NCBI GenBank assembly: GCA_012295275.1
Contig: CM022674.1
Location: forward strand, 1 to 64,000
Reading direction: 5' to 3'
Source: Chrysomallon squamiferum
Lineage: Eukaryota; Animalia; Mollusca
DNA length: 64,000 nt
Part shown: positions 25,975 to 48,600 of the stretch, piece by piece
Position numbering within the stretch: the first letter of the stretch is position 1
Layout of the letters: each line of letters opens with the position of its first letter
Program-made: the position numbers and the translations under genes
The notes under the pieces: generated by a model
Told to the model about the DNA's origin: nothing
The model's database searches: none
Seen by the model: only the letters and a program-made list of their open reading frames with translations

Positions 25975-28407
25975 TCATTTTTTGCCCTCTTTCTTCTGTT
26001 TCTGTCCTTTGTCTCGGATACTCAAGTCATATTTGAAACCTTCTTTCCTGGCTGCTGATTCTCTTTTATGTACTGTTTTCATCACCCTGCTCTGAAGTTC
26101 ACTTCTTGTCAGAGGTCTGGTCTCTTCATCACTACCCTCGCTGGCTTCACTCTCATATTCATCTCTGGAACATAACACAGATTAGTTTATATATACTATT
26201 AATCAGTGACAAATTCATTAACTAGTTTATATTTACTGTATCCATTAATAATTGACATATACGTTTCTGAAACATAACACTGACTAGTTTATATATATAC
26301 CACATCCTTTAATTGTTGACATATTTTATAATTAGGTAAACAATTTCTATATTAATAATATTTTAATATGATAAACTTACCCAACAGCTGGTGGATTAAC
26401 TGGTAGCATTGGTGGTGGGGCAGTGGGTCCTTCTCCAAGCAGTCCAGGAGCTTTTATTTCATATTTGTCTGGATCCTGTAATAAAACAAAATACATCATC
26501 AATAGCTGTTCTAAAGTATTGGAAGTAACCGTCTGAGGAATCAAACAGGCTGACAGTTTTAAATGTTATTTTGTACTTTTCAGATAATGATTGCATTACC
26601 TTGTTGTTGATATATGTTTGGATAGCTAGAAGTTCATTGGTTCTTTGTTCAATGATACCAAGATACTGGATCATGTTGCCATCTGTAACTCCAGTTGATG
26701 CTCCCAGCATGCTGTCAATGGCTGATCTGTCACAGTTTATTTTATTAAAGAGAGAGTCAATTCCTGTGGGGAAAAAACAAACAAAATATGATGTATGACT
26801 ATATATATATATATATATAGAAAAAGCAATTGGTTAAATACAATCTATTACAAAAATGAAAATAATAATGAGGAGGACTTAAGTGAATATGTATACAGAG
26901 CAACATTCAAACCTTGAACTGATTTGATATTCTCTTTAAAGAGATGGTCTTAAACTTTTTAAATTGTTTTTTCTTTATTATTAATAAATTAAAGATATAG
27001 AATTTGTAATCTTTAGGATAAAATTTTATTGAGATAAATTAATCCTTTAATCTCTCATTAAAATCTCAAATAATTTAATTTAAAGAAGAAGAAAGGAAGA
27101 ATGTTATTTGGATAACTGATAAAAAGATTAGAGACAGCAGATAGATGGATAAAGGAAATGTCATGCTGATACATAGATAAACTGATATATAGATAATTAT
27201 ACTTTCAGAAAGTGATAAGAAAACCAAACCATATATGTATTCAAGTCAAAAGAAATAACAGGGGGAAAGTATAAAAAAAAAAAAAAAAATTAAAACTTTT
27301 TTTTAGAAAGTGAAATCAACATTTACCTGCTTTCAGTTGATCCAAAATTTTGGAAACTTCTTTGTATTTCTGTTCAAACTCATCTGCTTCAGCAGAAGCT
27401 TTGTTCTGTTTCTCTTCGAGACTCTTCAAGATGTGTTTCCTGTGAGTTTCCAGCTCAATGCCCTGTGCTTTAAACTTCTCAATCTCTTCACCTATCTGTA
27501 ACATAAATGTATACACTATGGGAATTTCTTTCATCACAGCATTGCTATAACAAAATCAGACTGCCAACATAGAATAAAATGCACAAAGTTCCATCATGTT
27601 GAAGTGTTACTGTAGTAGTATCAGCTAGATGAATAAATTGTTACTTTGCTAATCATGAAGTATGACCATGGAAAATTATCATCTGTAAGGATGTTTGAAG
27701 GTATTAACATTCAACTGCCGCTTTATTTTAGTTTTTTAGCCAACAAATAATAAAATCTTACAGTAAAGTAACAGGCTATAAGTGACTTTGCATTACAATT
27801 CCATTATAAAGATCACAAATTTGATTTCATTAATTTATTAATAAAAAACAGGGGTTTTTTGTAATTCAGTTTATACATTTTACTTATTTCCTACTGATAC
27901 TAGCTGTAATGAAATATGAATATCACAGGATCACAGTTATAGACATGTAATATCTTAACAACTTGGAATGATTTGTCAGTTTACACTATTTAAAAATTTA
28001 CTTATAGCTGTGTAACTGATGCACAAGTCACAGGAAAAATAAATAAATAAAAACAAATTATAATAATAAGAAGAAGAAGAAGAAAAAAAAGAAGCAGAAG
28101 AACAATAATAATAATGTTTATTTAATATGTAAAAAAAGAAAAAAGAAACATAAAAAATTGTTGAACATACAGAAGTTTAAACTTACAGTCTGGATATCTT
28201 CACTCAGTTTCTCAATTTCATTGTTCTGTTCATTAACGTAATTAAACAGGGCAAAGTTGCGATCTTCAACCTCGATGAATCTTTCCACAAGAAGATCAAG
28301 GTCTTCTTCTCCTGTCATTTCTTTGATCTTTTCAAATGCTGCTACGTATGATTCTACTGAATCTTCCTGGCTTTCTTTCTTACGCTCTGCTTCTAGTGCT
28401 TCTGTTC

Positions 28408-28441
<34 letters not shown>

Positions 28442-29777
28442 TAATTCCTTTTAAACACCTTTTCATACTTAATAATTATCATAAACCAACAGTATTAATA
28501 ATTTATAATGATATTAAATTTACTGCAGGGAAACTTTCTTTTTTATTTTTTTATTTGGGACTATATGGCTTCTGTATGAATTTAGAAAAAAAAAATTAAG
28601 TAACAATAACTAAATTATTTATAAGATAATGGGATTAATATTTTTATTATTATATCAAGACAAAACAATCTTCCTGGATTTCTTTCTTATTTCCTACACT
28701 TATTTATCCCTTATACCTTTTTTTTTTTATAAAGTTACAAAATAATAAAAAACATTTATATTCATTAATTTCAATATTTCTTTCTACTCTCACAAAGAAC
28801 AGTGCTTAAGCATACACTCAGCAGTACTAACATTCATGGATGCATATACAAACAAGCACATACATGTGCACACATTCACACATGCATACACACGTGCACA
28901 CTGACCACATATATAAACACAAACCTTTCTTCTGTCTCCAAGCAACCAGCTGTGGATCTTCCTGTCTCTCTTGCCCCTTGATTCCCATGAATTCTTTCAA
29001 CTTTCTGTCATGATCTATGATTCGAACAAGTTCTTTCATCTCAGCATTGTGCTGTTGCATGTCCTTGTCAGCTTTTTCCTTCAGAATTATCATCTTAGTC
29101 TGAGCTTCATCTCTGAAAAATTAAACACACTACATACTTTACATGCACTATTAATATTATCTTATGGGCAGTAAAAAACAAAAAATAGGCTCATAAAAAT
29201 GTAATTCTTCCAGTCATTATTTTTTTTATTCTTTTGGACAAACATTTATTTTCACTCATAAGAAAGTGTGAGAATAAATTAATAAAAATATATGAATGGT
29301 TCAATTATAATCTACTCACAACTAGATGTTATTGTGTAAACATGTAGTAATATTTCTCTGACTGAAGAAATATTATGGCAAGATGGTTTCAGTGTTAGAG
29401 AACAAAAAAAAATAACCTTTGGTCATAGGCTTGTGTGGAAGACTCTATCACTTCTCCCATTTCTCGTCTCAGCTGTTTCAGTTCCTTCTCCAGTTTCTTA
29501 AACAAAGTCTCAAACCTCTTGTGTTCACATCTCAAACTTTCGATCTCGTCCCGCAACTTCGCATTTTCTGTCAGAGACTCATTGAACTGCTTCTTTGCCT
29601 GCAGTCAGGTTAAAAATTATTGTGTTGATTAAGCACTGCAATCTTTTCAGAATATAATAAGGTACTGTCTATGTTTTTAACACAGGTGAGTACAGTGGCA
29701 GATAACTTGCTGTGTGTGTGTGTTTGTTTATATATGTATGTTTGTGTGTGTGTATATGTGTTTGTGTGTACATGTCT

Positions 29778-29809
<32 letters not shown>

Positions 29810-32247
29810 CATATGTACATTGTGTGTGTGGGTGTGTGGTTTAGTAGAAAACATCACTTCATTACAATTGATGTCTGTTATTCTGAACAATGAAGCACAC
29901 TGAATAATAAATATTTGGACATATTTCTTTTGTTTCCAGTTTTTTTAAGGATACTGTTTACACGTTGTTACAAATGTTAGGTGTCAGGGTGGTAATTCTC
30001 CACTAAATTTCTAAATGTCAACACACAATTTACAGTTACCAAATTTTGATCATAATTTGACTTCAGAAATAAAAACCACAGAATCATCACATCAACATAT
30101 TAATTTTTTTTAAATAATATGGCAGTATCAAGCCACTACATCTTTTTCTCAGACCAGTGGAGTAACATAACCAACACTGTTTTATCTAACACTCTGTAAA
30201 GTTCAAATAAAAATTAATACCAGTATACTTTTATCTACAATACTCTCCAAGTTAAAAACAAAAACAAAATAACCCTTAAAACCAATATCATTTTCTCAAG
30301 AATATTCTCCAAGGTTAAAAGTATAATAAAAACAAAATAAACATTAAGCCCAGTATCATTTATCTATTATGTTATCTGTAGTTAAAAGTAAAACAACACA
30401 AGTGCCTCAAGTATAATTTTATCTAGAATGTTTTCTAGAAGTTAAAAATAAATGACAAATGATAAAAAAAAACACCTTATTTTATCTAAAATGTTCTGTA
30501 TATTTTCTTCAGTTAAAAAACTTACCTTATAACAATATAATATCTAATATATTCTCAAGTTAAAATTAAACCCATCAGTCTCTCTGGATAATCCACTATT
30601 ACCAGATATCAAGTATATTTTCAGTGGATAACACAACAATATCATTTATCAAGTATATTCTAAGTGAAAAACAAAAATTGACTCTGTGGATAATATAACA
30701 TGTTCACTAAATAATACAATAATCTCATTAATATAGTATAAGTGAAAAAAAACATATAAAAAAAATGACTATCTGAGTATCTCACTAGATAATACAGACA
30801 ATATCATTCATTTAGTGTAGTCTAAGTGATCAATAGTAAACTAATTGGATAACAATCTGAGGTACAAAATCTCACCTTATCAAGTCTGTTCTCCAGCACT
30901 CGCACAGTCTTATTGGTCTGAGTCGTGTGTTCAGTGCTCATGTGAACTCCACCAGCACTTTTATGTTGTTGTTTTACTTTCTTTTCCCATTCTCGAATCT
31001 GAGAATCTAATTCTGCCTGTTTCCTTTTCTCTTCCTCAATCTCCTTATCACAGTCATCTAAACACAGTGAAACACATTTAGTCTGCATTGTCATCATAAA
31101 TAAATATCCATCTATTAACTGAGTACAATTTGATATGATCATGATGTTGAACAAAATATCACAGAATATTTGTTCAGTATTTTATGTCCTATTGTCTGTT
31201 TATAATTTAATCACATTTAACAACTCAGCTTTTAAATTATTTATGCCCTAGAATTGAAAGCTTCAAAACATTTATAGTATAATCTTATTTTCTCTTTTGA
31301 TAAATTAATACTTCAGTTACAATATATAAAAAAAAAATATATATATACACAAGATTTTTCCTTTTTTTCTTAATGTAAAAAGTAAAAAGCTTATGCACAT
31401 AAGATTTAAAAAACAGTTGTGTCAGTATTATTACCTTTAGCTTCAACCAGTGTCACCAAAGTGTCAATATTTTCCTCATCTCGAGCCTGGTTACTTCGAC
31501 TCTCTGCAAGACGTAGTTCTTTCAACAGTTCTTGCTTTTCCCGTTCCAACTGAGCAACTTCACTCCTGTTTAAAACAGACGCTTGTTAATATATTTTAGT
31601 GATGAAACAGAATATTTGAATAATATTTTTTTTATTTCTGAAATATGGGGTATCAAAATAATCTGTGAATATCAAGAATTTAACACAAAGATATTCCTGA
31701 ATTTCAAAAAAAACATTCACATTAACTAGAATAAACAATAAATCAAAATGAAAATCAAAATGTTAGTTAGGGATTTCCTTATAATCAATTTTTCATCATA
31801 ATTTAAATATCAGTAATATTTATAATTAAACTCATTAACCTACATTAGTGAACATTACTTTCAAAATCTTAGGCTAGTCAATCCAACATTTAATCTTCTT
31901 CTTAACCTTTTTTTCTTATTATTTCACGTTTGAGTATCAGTTTTATTATTTATTTTACTGTTAAAAAACAATAACATCAATGTTTAACAATAAAATAAAT
32001 TGATCCCATAACTGAAAACTCACTTTAGTCTAAAATATAATTCTGAACATGATTTTAATCACAAATATAATCTATGTTTGAGAACCAACTTTTGTTTTCT
32101 AATTAGATTTTGAGACTCCTCTGTATAGGCAGCTCTGTCCCCTTCCATCAGCCGATACTGTCGCTGAAGTTTGATGAGCTCCCCCTCTTGAAGACCCTCT
32201 ATGTCAGGGTCACTGACATCAGACCGTGCTGATCTTGGTCGTGGCAT
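25975..32247 (-). CDS. ODAD1: Outer dynein arm docking complex subunit 1 (ODAD1/CCDC114-CCDC63 family, ODA-DC2 homolog), 557 aa, 10 coding exons
   Basis: Exons 32247-32090, 31565-31435, 31057-30876, 29598-29417, 29112-28925, 28401-28187, 27495-27327, 26763-26600, 26475-26381, 26164-25975. All introns are GT-AG and phase-consistent; total 1674 nt. Family motifs: LQRQYRLMEGDRAAYTEESQ, VRVLENRLDK, FIEVEDRNFALFNYVNEQNNEIE, YLGIIEQRTNELL, RPLTRSEL. ODAD1 versus CCDC63 naming cannot be resolved here. Confidence 0.92.
30170..30830. repeat. Degenerate intronic minisatellite (~55-65 bp; CCAGTATCATTTATCTAGAATATTCTCCAAGTTAAAA-like)
   Basis: Repeated TTTATCTA..TCT..AGTTAAAA blocks in ODAD1 intron 3. Confidence 0.65.
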
Positions 32248-32880
32248 CTTCAGAATTTCTATTTACTGTTTTTAAATAAAATAAAATAAAATTTCAAAAT
32301 TTTTGTAAAATAAAATAATTAGTAATCGTAATCAACATAAAGGAATGTACTGAAACAAATAGTCACACTTATTTACCAAAAATAATATGTATTTTAAAGG
32401 CTAGTAATATATAATATTAAATATAGTGAAACTATATGTAAGTTGTTTATTACTTTTATAGCAGAACTCTTATTCATAATCAACCATGCATATAACTGTT
32501 AAAAAACATAAATAAATAATTAATAACACAACACACACACACACACACACACACATAATGAAAATAATTACGATATTCACAACCATATGCAATCAAAAAT
32601 AAAATCAAGAGAATGATATTATAAATTTTAAGTAATACAAATATTACAATGAATATATATTTCCTTTAAAAATCAGTTGGCAATTTGCACATTTTCGCTA
32701 GATCGGTATTTAATTATTCTCAAAACTATCGCTATTAACATGTCCTAAGCACAGAAAGGTTATAAAAATGATAATAAGCACAGTAAAATATTCACCTTAA
32801 ATGTACTCGCAATCGACAGAGTATAATATGTTAAACAAAACAACTGCTGGTTGTTTAATGGTGACCACAACTTGGTATCT

Positions 32881-32895
32881 GTTGCTAAGGGTGAT
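32881..32895. promoter_or_regulatory. RFX X-box-like motif at the probable ODAD1 transcription start
   Basis: GTTGCTAAGGGTGAT has a perfect GTTGCTA half-site. It lies just upstream of a putative non-coding first exon (minus-strand donor ~32795, acceptor ~32276). X-boxes are typical of ciliary gene promoters. Confidence 0.55.
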
Positions 32896-33734
32896 AGTTA
32901 CTTCCGCAAGGGGAGATAATTTAGCAGGTGCGTGTCAGAACGAATTCGAATAATAGTTGTTGTACCTTTCAAATTGTAAATCTATTATCAAACTATTCAT
33001 TGTCAAACTAGCCACTGTGTGCGTGCGTGTGCATGTGTGAGCGCGTGCGTATGTATATGTTTGCATGCTTTGTGTATAAGAAAATATAAAAGTAAAATAA
33101 CAGACAGTGTCTAAATTAACGTAATGTTTTTAGAATAGTTTTCCATTTTTACCAGTAAGGCATATTCATATATAAGCACAAGATTAAATGCATACAAATA
33201 CATACATATCATACACTGACGCACACTCCGACATTTACATTTAAGCATAGGAACGAACGCTCGCGCTTTCGTAATACATGCATGAATACGTGCATACATA
33301 CATACATACATGTTGCATACATACATGCTGCATACACCCACACACACACACACACATACACACTCACTAGAAGCTGAGGTATAGTTAAACAGGTGGGAAC
33401 TCTACTAATACCTTAGAAATAAACCACAGTAACCTCGCATCATGACAGAACATTATTGTTCAACATGTCGGGAATTAATGAACGAAACTGATGCTGAACA
33501 ATTCGCTATCATTTTATTGTCATGTAACATGTTATTTTAGGCTTTAGTATGAGTATGTAGTGCGGAAAAACAAGCATTACTGTGGGCTGTTTTTCTGGAA
33601 TGTTACGTTTATGACTTTAAGAATATAAGTTTGTAAAATGGCAAATAAACTTTAAAATAATAATAATAATAATAACAACATCAACTACAACAACAACAAC
33701 AATAATAAACTAAAATATTTCTAACCTTTAAATA

Positions 33735-33968
33735 TGACGTCAAATAAATTGCTTTGTTACGTCAATAACATAAATGTCGCCATTTTGACTGAACATTATT
33801 TTCACTAGTCAATACAGTCACTCGAACTCCACAAATGTTGCATGACACTGCTAATTTTTGTTTAGGATAATTTTATGATTGTTGTACTCCTATTCTGGAG
33901 AGAAATATGAATTAGTTGTAACATGGATTTATAATATATGACGTCAATCATGCTACTTAGTGACGTCA
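33735..33968. promoter_or_regulatory. Cluster of CRE (CREB/CREM/ATF) palindromes
   Basis: Perfect TGACGTCA at 33735, 33939 and 33961, plus TTACGTCA at 33757, all within 310 bp upstream of ATG 34043. Confidence 0.7.
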
Positions 33969-34042
33969 ATAACTTAACACGTAGCCGTTATGGTGGAAAA
34001 TTACGATGCTGATTTTCATCAACATATGGAATCTTTACGACT

Positions 34043-43365
<9,323 letters not shown>

Positions 43366-44783
43366 GACGTGTAGTGATGTTTTGCAGTGAACATACAAGT
43401 TACAGAATAATCGAAAAAGAATGAAAGAAAGAAACATAAATAAAGTAAAACGAAAATAGAGACAATTATCTACGATAATAAGAATGTTAATAAAAATGTG
43501 CTTTAATTTATTTTATTTATCTTTTTTAAAAATCAGGAATTTAATGCAGTTTACGACATTTAAAACAATCCAGTAAACTGCTTTTCATTCGCAAAAACGC
43601 GGATTAAATACAGGTACATGTAATTTATATTTTATTATACGAAGAACGGCATGCGTTTTGTATTATTTTCTAAAATCATTTTTATTCTTTTTTTTTTTTT
43701 TTACTGCTGAACCAATACCTATAGTTCGGACACAAAATTTTAAATTCTTTTCTTTTTTCTTTTCTTTTTTCATTCAGATATTTTCAGATATTATCATTTT
43801 TATATGATAATACCATTTACACATAACGATATATATTTTATTTATTTTAACATTTATATTTTTTTTTTTTTTTTTATTTAACTTAACACGTAAAATAAAT
43901 ATACCTTTATATTTGTATGTAATTCGTCATGGATAGATGTCATAATTATACTTAAAGTTCTTTTTTTGAAAAATGTGACTAGAAAAACTTTTTTTTTAGA
44001 AAATATTTGTGAAAACTATTTTCAGAATTAATTGTTTTATAGAGATGTGTAGTCTTTTTGGTCAGTTATTTGTACATTTTGATCTTTTCATTTACAATTT
44101 GCTATCATGGCACTTTTGTTATGCTGTAAGGAATTAGCAATTAAAAAGTAATAATTGCTCTTTGTTATTGTCTCTGTGTTGTATCAGTAACTAACTGAAT
44201 ATAAATACACATTACCCTGCTACGTTAAGATACACAAACACACATCAGCTGAATGCGTGTTGTCAGTGGTGATGTATGTATGTATGTATGTTTTTATTGG
44301 TTGTGTTTTTCTGCGAGTGAGTATGTGATTTTTTAAGCTGGCTAAATCAGTATATCTAACGTATGAATAAATAAATTAAGCAGATAAAATCATTCGTTAT
44401 ACATTTTATTTGAATGTTGGCATGCCGATATACCGACAGACGTGCATGAGAAGTAAAAACCGATTATCAATTAATTTTATTTAGTTTAATTTCAAAATAT
44501 AGTGACATTTTATTTAGTTTTATTTCAAAATATGGTTTATAAAAGAAGAGACGCGATAAGCAATAATCAAAAACTCCATACTGTTTTACAATAGTAGATT
44601 TAAAAGTAATGCTGTGCGTTTAATAAAAGCGATAATAAATGTTCTAACTAAGTTTTACCATTCCAAACTAAATGTACAAACATTATTCCATGAAATTATT
44701 TTGTAAAACTTGCTATATAATTGTTATTGATTTTTTCAGTTATTTATTTATTTAGTTTTATTATTATTTTAAATTTGCTAATT

Positions 44784-44830
<47 letters not shown>

Positions 44831-45697
44831 TTATGGTAAGACCGTAAAAGCGCAAATAACAAAAAAAAAAACAAAAAAAACAAAACAAGAGTAGACGGTA
44901 GTCGGAGAATATATATGCGTTAAACACAATAACAAATATAACAACAAAGGAAAAGTAACTCCTATGGGAAATTAGTTATAAGGTATCTGCAATTAAAAGG
45001 ATCAATGAACGAAAAGAAACTGATTTTATTTGTTGGCATTAACATTATTATCATGTGTTTCAGTCGCGTAATCATGTAGAGTTTCCTTCACCAAATAAAT
45101 TTTGTCCTTACTAGCATTTAATGTAACAGATAATGAAATATTAAAACAATTATTTCAATCATTTCGATGTTTAAAAATTGTTTTATCTTCATTTCTTTTC
45201 TTTTCTATTCTTTAAATTTTTCGGTATAAATTAAAACCGTAGCAAGAGTAATAAGTTTCACAGAAGATAAAGGAAAAGAGATTTAAAGCAAAAAGAATTA
45301 TTTGTCAGCCACGAATAATCTGTGGGCTGAAATTAATATTCTAGTACTCTACGTTATTAGGAAGGTCCGTCACTATGTATGACGTGACATTAATAGAAAC
45401 AAAAATACTACTACTATTACTAGGAGTTACTCAGCTAGCACGCAGCTACAAATAATACATTTTCATACACGTGACACATGGATTTCACTGAGTCATTGTA
45501 CAGTAATGAAAGTAATTTACTATTTCTTTAAGTAATAACTAATATTAATTAAAATGAATAACAAAATTGGAAATGAATGTTTATTCTATTATATAAAACT
45601 GATATACATCATATAGATAATCATATATAAAGATGGTATAATAATATTGTATTTTCAGAAACATGTAAAGTTTTCTGCTAATGACAACAAATCATAG

Positions 45698-48600
45698 ATG
45701 GGGGTCCAGGGACTGTTAACACATTGCTCAGAAAGACGAAGTCAGTGTGCAGAAAAGATTGACCTTGTAGAAATAGCAGCCCAGCGGAATGGAATTGAAA
45801 TTCTTGTTGACTACTATTCCTTTCAGCATTATCTGGTGGATGGTTTCTGGCATAGTGTTCAGAAACTTTACAACAATCCATACCTGCAAATCTGCGGAGG
45901 AGAGTATGCCTCTCTTGATGTTTACTTCAGTAAATTTATCACTGATCTGAAGTCACTGGGAATTAATCTGGTGTTTTTTATCGATGGTGGAAAAGGAAGC
46001 TGTCCTGATACAACTCGTCAGAAGTTGGATACATGGGTCGAGAGACACAAACGAGATGTGAGAAATCTGAGAAAAGTGAGATATTGTAATTCTGTGCACA
46101 GTTTCCTACTTTTAACTTTACACTTTTGTGTTCAGATTGTTTACAAGTACAGAGTTGGACAAATGTATTAGATCGCCATGGTCAGCTTTCTAGTAATTAA
46201 AATTAATTTTTAATTTTTTTATATTGCTTACATATTTTATTCAGTTCACTTGAAAAAAGTAAAAACATGATTTTCTTGAATTAGGAATATTATTACAATC
46301 CTGAATTAGTGCAGTTATTAGTAAATCAATACTTTATATGTTATTTGCCTCCGTTAACAAACTATATTTTAGATTACAAAAGTTTCTCATGAAGGGATTT
46401 AAGTACAAACACCCTCCTTCCCAGCCTCATGTATCTAGTTACTAAAACCCATTTCTCTGGTATTTTATATCTGTACAGTTTGAATTTTAGAGAATGTGAA
46501 TCCTCATTTACCGTATGTTTTCTATCTTCAACTTGTTTTCATAATTTCAATGATTTTCTTTTTTTTTCACAGTGTCAACAGTTTGATTAGTATCTTTGTT
46601 CAGTTTGGTTGTTAAATCTATAGACAGTATAAATTTGTACACAAATAAAATTTACCTTACTGTGTCAGGTTTTATTATTTGATGCTTTTAATAGTCATTA
46701 GTGATTTAGTAAATTACATTAAAGCATATATTTATTTATTTACAGATACTGGAAGTGTGTTGTGGGTTGAGATCTATTTTTGATCTGGGGGATAAGTCAA
46801 ACATACGCCCAGTATTGCTGGAAGTTCAGATGTTTGCCACTATTAAAAAATGTCAGTGTGAACTTGTGCAGTGTGTTTCTGGTGAAGCAGACTACATTAT
46901 TGCCAAAAACCTTGTGGATCGGGAAAAAGCATTTGCTGTATTTTCCAATGATTCAGATTTCTGTATTTTCAAAGGAAGTCGTTTCATTCCCCATGAATTG
47001 TGGGATTTGAACAATGAACTGGGCCTAGGGCTGCCATCTGCTTTGCCAAAGAAGCCAGAACATTTACTTTGTGAAGTTATTGAATCTGAAAAACTTGCAA
47101 AACAACTAAAGGTAATGAACATTTTTGTTAATTACTACAATTATTATTATTATTATTATCATCATCATAATCATCATCATTATTATAATTGCTGTTGGTA
47201 TTAATCTCATTTTGTCATTCAGCTCATATACATTCTATTTTTGCTAGAAATTTCATCAATTTTATTTGACAACACAGCTTAATTTTTAGGTATGACTATG
47301 AGTGGTATAAATATAATTATATTACATTACTAAATTCATTGTAATGTGTTACAAGGCTGATACTGTTACTCAACTTGTGTTTTATAATTTTTCATTTTTA
47401 CTTTGATTTCATCTCTTAAGTCATAAAAATTGTAAATACAGTTCTCTGTTTCAGTTTGAAAGTCTCAGCTCATAGAAATGAGTGTTATAAATACAGTTTC
47501 ACTGTTTCAGTTTGAAGACCTCTCTCAGCTCATTGAAATGAGTATTGTAGCTGGGAATGACTTTACTGGGTCTCTCTTGCGATATTTAGACTTTGATATT
47601 AAAGGCAGAAAAAGTGTCTCCTCAGTAGCTGACTGGATACTTAAATACAAGACAGTGGAAGGTCACCCAACATTGGCCACGGAAATGGTAATTTATTGTT
47701 TTCTAATTATTACTTTTGTATTTTCCTTTCATCAATACAAAATCAGTATGTTTGTGTAGCCTGTAGCTGGGTGAAAAAAAAATTGATGTGACAGTTATTT
47801 TCTTAAATTTCATTCTTCAGTTGCAACATACATTGCCATTATATCTTCATAAGTAATCTTCAACTTTTGTTTTCTTTAGAAATGATTGTATGCGTATATA
47901 TACACTTAGAAATTATTGTATGTGTATATATACACTTAGAAATGATTGTATGTATATATATATATATATAAAAATTTTGCAGAAGCTTTATATTCATAAT
48001 ACTGTTAAATGTATTTGTCATTGCTATTTGATATCTTTTTAGGTAATAATTTTGTGTCAAACCATTTTACTTTAAAATCTTTTTAAATGTTTGATATATC
48101 AATAATTACTCAAATTATTAAAATTTTAGATGTATTTTTTTAAAAGTTTGTGAAATATATCATGTTTGAATCACTAATATTGTCTTAAAACATTGGTAAT
48201 TTATTCTGTTTGTGAACAATGCAAATATAAATTTCTATAATAAATTGATTTATTTGAGTTCTAAAACCAATTTATTTCAATCTTTTAATATTTATTTTTA
48301 TAAATAATTATATTGATAGATGTACATTTCATTTTTATTTAATAATTTATTTATATTATCAGAAACGAAACGAAAAATTTCAAAGAGCTGTAGAACACTC
48401 ACGACATTTTTACCTGCTTGATCTAGTTGATGATGTTGGGAGCCAGTTTAAAGATGAATCTACGTCCACCATTGAAGAAGGAGTAAAGAGTGGACAACTC
48501 CCTGCTAATATTATGAGTATGAACAACAGTTTTTACTGGCACCGTATGTTGGTGGAAGATATGTCACCAGGATTTCCGTGTGTGGAAATTGTGCTTGGTT

